Positions 57,961 to 64,000 of a DNA stretch of 64,000 bases are shown in pieces. The notes below the pieces were generated by a model that ran no database searches, had not been told where the DNA came from, and saw only the letters and a list, made by a program, of their open reading frames with translations. This DNA is from an uncultured Gemmatimonadales bacterium. GTDB taxonomy: Bacteria > Gemmatimonadota > Gemmatimonadetes > Longimicrobiales > RSA9. Each line of letters begins with the position of its first letter. Within the stretch, counting starts at the first letter, position 1. The stretch is from positions 416,001 to 480,000 of the forward strand of contig CAWFKH010000001.1 of the NCBI GenBank assembly GCA_963816355.1, given 5' to 3'. The translations under genes were made by a program, and so were the position numbers.

Positions 57961-59709
57961 ATGTCGCCTTCCTTCCGTTTCTCGCCCCGACCGAACCGCG
58001 CGGCGGAGATTCCGTGGCGTGAATGGGGCCAGGAGGCTTTCTCCACCGCGCGGGAGGCGGACCGCCCGGTCGCGCTGCTGCTGACGGCGTCGTGGTGCCA
58101 CTGGTGCCACGTGATGGACGAGACGACCCTTTCCGATCCGGCCGTGATCGCGCTGCTCAGGGACCACTTCGTTCCGGTGCGCGTGGACGCCGACCGTCAC
58201 CCGCACGTCCGCGACCGCTACATCGCCGGGGGCTGGCCAACGGTTGCGTTCCTCTCTCCCGACGGCGAGGTGCTGTGGTCCGGCACGGGCCTGGAGTCGC
58301 ACGAGATGAAGCGGATCGCGGACGGCGTCCTGCGCGGCTGGTCGGACCGCCGCGAGGAGCTCCTCGCCGAGCTCGACCGCCGTCGTCTCGCGATGGAGAC
58401 CACGCTGGGCCGCCGGCTCGGCGCGGCGCTCGTGCGGCGGGAGGCGGGCGACGACGTCCTCGCCGCCATGATCGCCAGCGCCGACGCCCGCAACGGCGGC
58501 TTCGGCGAAGCGCCGCGATTCCCCGCGCCGGACGCCATCGAGCTCCTCTTCCGCGTCGCGGCGGCGGGCGAGGCGCCGCAGGCCGCGACCCTCGCGGAGC
58601 GGTGCCTGGACGGCATGCTCGCCGGCGAGCTGTTCGACCGCGTCGAGGGTGGCTTCTTCCGCTACGCGCTGCAGGAGGACTGGACGGAGCCGCAATACGA
58701 GAAGCTGCTCTCGGTCAACGCGGGCCTCGTGCGCGCCTATGCGCTCGCCGCGAGCCTCCTCGATCGTCCGGACTACCGCGACGTGGCCGAGCGCACCGTC
58801 GCGTGGGCGCTCGAGCGGCTCGCCCGCGACGACGGCCTGTGGGCGAGCAGCCAGGCCGCGGACCCGGACTACTACGCCCTGGACGCCGCCGGCCGCGCCG
58901 GGCGGAGCGCACCTTCCGTCGAGCCGGCGCCGTACACGGACGCCGCCGCCGCGTGGATCCGCGCGCTCGCGGAGGCGGGAGGGAGGCTGGGCCGCGGCGA
59001 GTGGATCGAGCTGGCGTCGCATTCGCTGCGCGCGCTGCTGGACGCCGCCGTGGACGGCAACGGCCGCGTCCGGCACCTGCCCGGCGACGAACAGGCGACC
59101 ATGTGGCTGCTCGGCGACGCCGTCGAGCTGGCCCGCGCGGCCGTCGCCGTCGGCCAGGCGACGGGGCAGGGCGAGCCGCTGCGGCGCGCGGCCGCCATCG
59201 TCGCCGCGCTGCGCGAGTCGCTGCTGAGCGACGAAGGCGGGTTCGAGGACTGCCGCGGCGAGGGGACGCCGCTCGGCGCGCTGCGCTACCGCGAGCGGCC
59301 CTTCGACCTCAACGCCGATGCGGCGCGCCTCCTGCTCGACCTCCACGCGGCCACCGGCGAGCGCACCTACCGCGCCATCGCGGAGCGCGTGCTGGCGCTC
59401 CTCGCGCCGCAGGCCGGCCGCCGCGGCGCACAGGCCGCCGGCTTGGGCATCGCCGTGCGCGAGTTCTTCGAACCGGTGGCGACGATCGCCCTCGTCGGCG
59501 ACCTCGACTCCACAGCCGAGCTGCGGGCCAGGGCGCTGTCGCTGCCGCTCGCCGCGCGCCGCGTGTGGACGGTCGAGCCCGGCGGTACGCTGGGAGGCCG
59601 CTCGCTGCCCCTCAGCCCCAGCCCCGCGGCGTACTTCTTCGACGGTGGCTCCCGCTCCAGGCCGCTCGCCGGACCGGAGATGCTCGAGACCGCCGCGCGC
59701 CCCCGCTGA
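57961..59709 (+). CDS. Thioredoxin-domain DUF255/YyaL-like protein
   Basis: IPWREWG.EAF, WCHWCHVM, GGWP, GGF...PRFP, GGFFRYA..W..P.YEK. Confidence 0.85.
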   Translation: MSPSFRFSPRPNRAAEIPWREWGQEAFSTAREADRPVALLLTASWCHWCHVMDETTLSDPAVIALLRDHFVPVRVDADRHPHVRDRYIAGGWPTVAFLSPDGEVLWSGTGLESHEMKRIADGVLRGWSDRREELLAELDRRRLAMETTLGRRLGAALVRREAGDDVLAAMIASADARNGGFGEAPRFPAPDAIELLFRVAAAGEAPQAATLAERCLDGMLAGELFDRVEGGFFRYALQEDWTEPQYEKLLSVNAGLVRAYALAASLLDRPDYRDVAERTVAWALERLARDDGLWASSQAADPDYYALDAAGRAGRSAPSVEPAPYTDAAAAWIRALAEAGGRLGRGEWIELASHSLRALLDAAVDGNGRVRHLPGDEQATMWLLGDAVELARAAVAVGQATGQGEPLRRAAAIVAALRESLLSDEGGFEDCRGEGTPLGALRYRERPFDLNADAARLLLDLHAATGERTYRAIAERVLALLAPQAGRRGAQAAGLGIAVREFFEPVATIALVGDLDSTAELRARALSLPLAARRVWTVEPGGTLGGRSLPLSPSPAAYFFDGGSRSRPLAGPEMLETAARPR

Positions 59710-59716
59710 GCCGCCG

Positions 59717-60913
59717 GTGTCCGGCGAGGACGCGCTCCGGGCCGACGTCCTGCGGCACCTCCGCGCCGGCGCCGGCGCGGCTCCGGAGCCGGCCGCGTTC
59801 GCTGCGCTCGCGCTGCGGGCATTCGCCCACCAGTACGCCCGCAACGCGCCGTACCGCGCCTACTGCGACCGGCGTGGGCTCACCCCCGCCTCCGTCCGCG
59901 ACTGGCGCGACGCGCCGGCCGTGCCGACCGCAGCCTTCCGCGAGGTTCCTCTCGTGTGCGGAAGCGCCGCCGCCGCGCAGCGGGTCTTCCGCACCAGTGG
60001 CACGACGCGCGGCGCCGAGCGTCGCGGCGCACACCACGTCCGCGACCTCGCGCTCTACGACGCTTCGCTCGAGGCCGGCTTCCGCCACTTCGTCCTGCCC
60101 GACGGCGCCGAGCCGCGCATGCTCTCGCTGGTGCCGCCGCCCGAGGAGCTTCCGGACTCGTCGCTCGCCTACATGATCGGGCGCCTCGTCCCGCGCGGCG
60201 CTCTCCCGCCGGAGGGTACTTCGCGGGACGCTTCGGCCGGCGGCTTCTTCGCGTCCGTCCGCGAGGGCGTCCGCGCCCGCGCGCTCGCAGCGGCGCTGCG
60301 CCGCGCGGAGGAGGAGGGCGCGCCCGTGGCGCTGCTCGGCACCTCCCTCGCCTTCCTCGACTGGCTGGAGGCGCTGCCGGCCGACACGCGCTTTCGCCTG
60401 CCACCCGGCTCCCGCATCATGGACACCGGCGGCTACAAGGGCAGCGGCAGGAGCGTACCCGCCGCCACTCTGCGAGAGATCTACGCGACTCGCCTCGGCA
60501 TCCCGGCAAAGCTGTGCGTCAACGAGTACGGCATGACCGAGCTCTGCTCGCAGTTCTACGACACCGCCCTCCGCGACGCGCTCGTGGACGGCCCCGCCGC
60601 AGACGTCTCGAGCGACGGCGAGCGCGCCGGCGGGGCGGGCGGGGAGGCGCGCCGCAAGGCGGGGCCCTGGTGGATCCGGGCGCGCGTCATGGACCCGGAG
60701 ACGCTTGCTCCCTGCGCGCCCGGAGACGTGGGCATCCTGCAACACTTCGACCTCGCCAACCTGGAGTCGGTCTCCGCCGTCCAGACCGAGGACGTGGGAC
60801 GGGCGGTGCCGGGCGGCTTCGTCCTCCTCGGCCGCGCCGCCGGCGCGCCGCCCCGGGGCTGCTCGATCGCCATGGACGTGCTGCTGCGCGCCGTCCGCGA
60901 ACGCTCGCCGTGA
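59717..60913 (+). CDS. LuxE-like acyl-protein synthetase
   Basis: FRTSGTT, MDTGGYKG, NEYGMTEL, DLAN..QTED, LLGR..RGCS (C-terminal acylation Cys). Confidence 0.85.
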   Translation: MSGEDALRADVLRHLRAGAGAAPEPAAFAALALRAFAHQYARNAPYRAYCDRRGLTPASVRDWRDAPAVPTAAFREVPLVCGSAAAAQRVFRTSGTTRGAERRGAHHVRDLALYDASLEAGFRHFVLPDGAEPRMLSLVPPPEELPDSSLAYMIGRLVPRGALPPEGTSRDASAGGFFASVREGVRARALAAALRRAEEEGAPVALLGTSLAFLDWLEALPADTRFRLPPGSRIMDTGGYKGSGRSVPAATLREIYATRLGIPAKLCVNEYGMTELCSQFYDTALRDALVDGPAADVSSDGERAGGAGGEARRKAGPWWIRARVMDPETLAPCAPGDVGILQHFDLANLESVSAVQTEDVGRAVPGGFVLLGRAAGAPPRGCSIAMDVLLRAVRERSP

Positions 60914-62337
60914 CCTTCGACGCGTTCCACCTCCCCGGCCTCGAGGAGGACGACGTCCACGCGTGGACGATGCGGCGGCTGGAGAACGGCGACGCGCTCC
61001 GCATCCCTCGGCTGCGGCCGGAGGCGGTGCGCCGCCTCGCGCGTCGCCTCGTCGAAGCCCGCGAAGCCGCCCTCGACGGGCGTCGCACGGACGACGTCGT
61101 CGCCGCGGTCGACGGCGCGGCCGAGCGCCTCGTGGCGGTGGACCGGCCGGAACGCGGCCTCGCGCTGCGGCTGCTGCCGGAGGTCGGGCGCGCCTCGCCC
61201 GAGATGACCGCTCGCGTCCTCGACCGCATGGCCGCCGATTGGCGCCGCCCCGCGCTCGAGCGACTGGTGCGCAGCGAGCTGCCGGACCCCGCCGTCCTCG
61301 ACGGCTTCAGGCCCGACCCGGAAGCCGGAGCCGCCAGCGGCCGCCGGTCCCGCGCCACGGGCGCGCCGCTCGCCTTCCACGTCTTCTCCGGCAACGTGCC
61401 GGGCGTCGCCGTCACGGCGATCGTCCGCTCCCTGCTCGTGCGCTCCGCCGTCCTCGGCAAGACCGCCTCCGACGACCCGGTGCTGCCCGTGCTCTTCGCC
61501 CGCGCGCTCGCGGCCCTCGACCCGCTGCTCGGCGCGTGCCTTGCCGTGACCCACTGGCCAGGCGGAACGCCCGACCTGGAAGCCGCCGCAGCGGCGGACG
61601 CAGAGACGATCGTCGTCTACGGCGGCAGCGAGGCGGTGGCGGCCGCGCGCGCCGTCGCAGCGCCGGGCGCCCGCGTCGTCGTGCACGGCCCCCGCGTCTC
61701 CCTCGCCATGATCGCGCGCGACGCCCTCGCCGCCGACACCGATCGGCTCGCCGCGGAGGCGGCCACGGCGGTCGCGCTGTTCGACCAGCGCGGCTGCGTG
61801 TCGCCCCACTGCATCTACGTCGAGGAGGGTCCCGGGCAGGCGGGCGCGGCCGCGGGTTTCGCCGAGCGGCTCGCGGTCCGGCTCGAGGGTCTCGCCGCGG
61901 AGCTGCCGCGCGGTCCCCTCGACGCGGCCGAAGCGAGTGCGATCCTTCAGTTCCGCGGCGCGGCGGAGTTCCGCGGCATCGCGGGAGGCGGCGACACACG
62001 CCTCCATGGAGGACCCCGCCTCGCCTACACCGTGGCCAGCGAGTCCGGCGCCGCCTTCGCGCCGTCGTGCCTCAACCGGACCGTCACGGTGAAGAGCGTC
62101 GCCAGCCTCGACGACGTCCCGGCGGCGCTCGAGCCGTATCGCGCCTTCCTGCAGGCCGTCGCCCTGGAGTGCCCCGACGCGCGACGCAGGGAGCACATCG
62201 CCACGCGTCTCGCCCGCACCGGCGTGCTGCGCGTCACCACCCTGCGCCGGCTGCCGTGGCCACCTCCCACCGCACACCATGACGGTGCACCCCCGCTTCG
62301 CGAGCTGCTGCGCTGGGTCGACATCGAGGAGGATTGA
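60910..62337 (+). CDS. LuxC-like acyl-CoA/acyl-protein reductase
   Basis: HVFSGNVP, K, YGG, HGPRVS, FDQRGCVSP (catalytic Cys), HDG..L.EL.RWV; GTGA overlap. Confidence 0.85.
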   Translation: MTFDAFHLPGLEEDDVHAWTMRRLENGDALRIPRLRPEAVRRLARRLVEAREAALDGRRTDDVVAAVDGAAERLVAVDRPERGLALRLLPEVGRASPEMTARVLDRMAADWRRPALERLVRSELPDPAVLDGFRPDPEAGAASGRRSRATGAPLAFHVFSGNVPGVAVTAIVRSLLVRSAVLGKTASDDPVLPVLFARALAALDPLLGACLAVTHWPGGTPDLEAAAAADAETIVVYGGSEAVAAARAVAAPGARVVVHGPRVSLAMIARDALAADTDRLAAEAATAVALFDQRGCVSPHCIYVEEGPGQAGAAAGFAERLAVRLEGLAAELPRGPLDAAEASAILQFRGAAEFRGIAGGGDTRLHGGPRLAYTVASESGAAFAPSCLNRTVTVKSVASLDDVPAALEPYRAFLQAVALECPDARRREHIATRLARTGVLRVTTLRRLPWPPPTAHHDGAPPLRELLRWVDIEED

Positions 62338-62375
62338 AAAAAAACGGCCCCGGACATCGCGCCCGGGGCCGCAAA
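62337..62375 (-). terminator. Intrinsic terminator (U8 tail on the minus strand), between convergent genes
   Basis: A8 (62337-62344) + stem CGGCCCCGG / CCGGGGCCG. Confidence 0.8.
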
Positions 62376-62396
62376 CCCGTTCCGCTCCGACTCCGC

Positions 62397-62597
62397 TCAG
62401 TCCTCCGGACCCTGCACCGTGTGCTCCGTCCGCCACAGCACGATCTGCCGCGTGCCGCTCGAGCTCTCCTCCACACGGACCGTCATCATGTCGCCGTCTT
62501 CCAGGCTCAGGTCGTCCCGGATCTCCTGCGGAATCGTGATCCGGCCCCCGACGCCCACCGTCACGTCGCCATAGTATAGCGTTCGATAGAGCGCCAT
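62397..62597 (-). CDS. AbrB/MazE/SpoVT-family DNA-binding protein
   Basis: GRITIPQEIRDDLSLEDGD motif; SD AGGAGG. Confidence 0.85.
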   Translation of the reverse strand: MALYRTLYYGDVTVGVGGRITIPQEIRDDLSLEDGDMMTVRVEESSSGTRQIVLWRTEHTVQGPED

Positions 62598-62749
62598 TGC
62601 GCCTCCTGGTTCGGGTCGGCAGACTCGCGCGATCCTTCGCCTCGAACGGCCTCCAGCAAGCGTGCATTCTACTTTCCGCGACGGTCCGCGGCAAGTCGCA
62701 CCCGCGCATCGGTTCAGGAGCCGTGCCATTCCCGCAACGGCTGTAAACA

Positions 62750-62807
62750 TGTGGATAGAAGCGCGCGTTTATCCACAAGCCTGCTGGATTTACGGCGGTT
62801 ATCCACA
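62750..62807. promoter_or_regulatory. Cluster of three DnaA boxes
   Basis: TGTGGATAG 62750-62758 (reverse, 1 mismatch); TTATCCACA 62769-62777; TTATCCACA 62799-62807. Confidence 0.8.
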
Positions 62808-62883
62808 GCGCGCGGCGCGGCGGGGTATGGGCCTTGCAGATCCGGCCGCCGCCCGGATGCCCTTGATGAAGGAGGGCCGAGTG

Positions 62884-63624
62884 ATGAGGTGCGGACGAGA
62901 CGGAATCAAGAGAGCGACGCGGCTCCCCGGATCGGGGTGGTGGCGGGGCAGGTCGCTGGTCGGCTCGACGGCGATAGTGGTGGTGGGGGTGCTCGGCGTC
63001 GCGTGGGCGTGGCCGGAGACGGCGGCGGGACGCGGGGTGGAGGGGAGCGGTGTGGGGGTGGCGGAGGGGAGTGGGGTGGTGGCGGAGGCCGGAAGTGGGG
63101 CGGATCTCGATGTGCTGCTGGCGCGGGCGGCGGCGGCGTCTCGTGGCTGGGATCGGGCGGCGGCGTACGTGGAGGCGCAGGTAGCGCCGATCGAGCGGGT
63201 GCTGCTGCGTTACAGGGACGACCCGGCGCTGGCGCGGCGGATCGCGGTGGCGGTGGTGCGGGAAGCGAACCGGGCCGGACTGGAGCCGCGGGTGCTGCTC
63301 GCGGTGCTGCTGGTGGAGGACCCGGAGCTGAAGCCGTCGGCGCGCAGCACGGTGGGCGCGGTGGGTCTGATGCAGGTGATGCCGCTGCACCGCGGGAAGT
63401 GGCCGGCGTGCAGCGGATCGCTGGAGGACGTGGACGCGAACATCTGTTACGGCGCCCAGATCTTCGCGGCGGAGTACCGGCGGACCGGGGACCCGGACCG
63501 GGCATTGCTCGCGTACAACGGTTGTGTGAAGGGAGTCAACACGCCGGACTGCCACGGATACCCGACGCAGGTGTACGCGCGGGCGGGGCGAGCGAGCGTG
63601 CTGGCGTGGTTGAAGGGGCCGTGA
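62884..63624 (+). CDS. Lytic transglycosylase (SLT domain)
   Basis: SD AAGGAGG; N-terminal TM; VE.., GAVGLMQVMP, NI..G, ALLAYNG. Confidence 0.85.
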   Translation: MRCGRDGIKRATRLPGSGWWRGRSLVGSTAIVVVGVLGVAWAWPETAAGRGVEGSGVGVAEGSGVVAEAGSGADLDVLLARAAAASRGWDRAAAYVEAQVAPIERVLLRYRDDPALARRIAVAVVREANRAGLEPRVLLAVLLVEDPELKPSARSTVGAVGLMQVMPLHRGKWPACSGSLEDVDANICYGAQIFAAEYRRTGDPDRALLAYNGCVKGVNTPDCHGYPTQVYARAGRASVLAWLKGP

Positions 63625-63633
63625 TGCGGCGCG

Positions 63634-63903
63634 CTACGGGATGCAGGAGCGGAGCAGGCCGAGGAGGTGGTGCTCGCGGAGATCGCGGGCGCGGGCGACG
63701 GCCTGTTCGGCGCTCGGCTCGATGAAGATCTGAGCGGTGCGGATCGGGGCCTCGCCCTCCGCGGGATCGCCGGGGGAGAAGGCGAGGCGGCCGCGGGCAG
63801 GGTCGCCGGGCAGGCGCTGTTCTTCCAGCTCCAGGTAGACGTCCCAGAAGCGGCCCTCGTGCGTGAGGGTGGCTAGATGGTGTGTTCTCGGCCCCGCGGT
63901 CAT
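63634..63903 (-). CDS. Small conserved hypothetical protein
   Basis: 89-aa ORF with ordinary composition (HEGRFWDVYLE..RTAQIFIE). Confidence 0.6.
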   Translation of the reverse strand: MTAGPRTHHLATLTHEGRFWDVYLELEEQRLPGDPARGRLAFSPGDPAEGEAPIRTAQIFIEPSAEQAVARARDLREHHLLGLLRSCIP

Positions 63904-64000
63904 TCCCCGTTCCGCCTCGCTTCCTCGATTCAGGTACGCACGCCCTCCGGCACCGGTGCGTCGGCGAACGCGGGGGCGGGAGAAGCGCCGGGCCGCACCT

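Noticed and set aside
59717..62337. Bioluminescence operon
   Set aside because: No luxA/luxB/luxD/luxG in the window.
62713..62728. Sigma54-like TGGCACGGCTCCTGAA on the minus strand upstream of the AbrB-like gene
   Set aside because: The -12 element is GA rather than the near-invariant GC; too weak to call.

Overview
Very high-GC bacterial chromosomal DNA. Gene content suggests a Gemmatimonadota-like diderm: LPS genes, a TonB-like protein, VPS10/BNR proteins, Ser/Thr kinase and SARP regulators, PrkA-YeaH-SpoVR (taxonomy is inference only). I can support about 48 real CDSs; most other ORFs in the track are GC-rich shadow ORFs. Main blocks: (1) a probably highly expressed ~880-aa Ig-like lipoprotein (S-layer-like) with a sigma70 promoter, structured leader and terminator; (2) a 4.7-16.2 kb LPS/envelope operon (Kdo kinase, GT9, PorX/PglZ-like regulator, MsbA with a 1-nt frameshift, GT4, LpxL, GT2, DUF3108); (3) two compositionally atypical patches, one with a truncated Ser/Thr kinase and one with a STAND/SARP regulator plus AraC; (4) an M50-NUDIX-AAA+-vWA operon interrupted by an antisense mutY whose start codon overlaps the vWA start; (5) a (GGGGTCT)n G-tract, two VPS10/BNR proteins and a CTG-start phosphomutase-like gene; (6) ABC transporter, two PAP2 genes and an orphan MshEN-PilB ATPase; (7) a prkA-yeaH-spoVR operon with two extra genes and a sigma54-like site, divergent from an NtrY/NtrX-like-Omp85-DUF4390 operon; (8) DUF255-luxE-luxC without luciferase; (9) three DnaA boxes between an AbrB-like gene and a lytic transglycosylase. 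No rRNA, tRNA, CRISPR array or transposase was seen. All family calls come from motif recognition by eye, not database searches.
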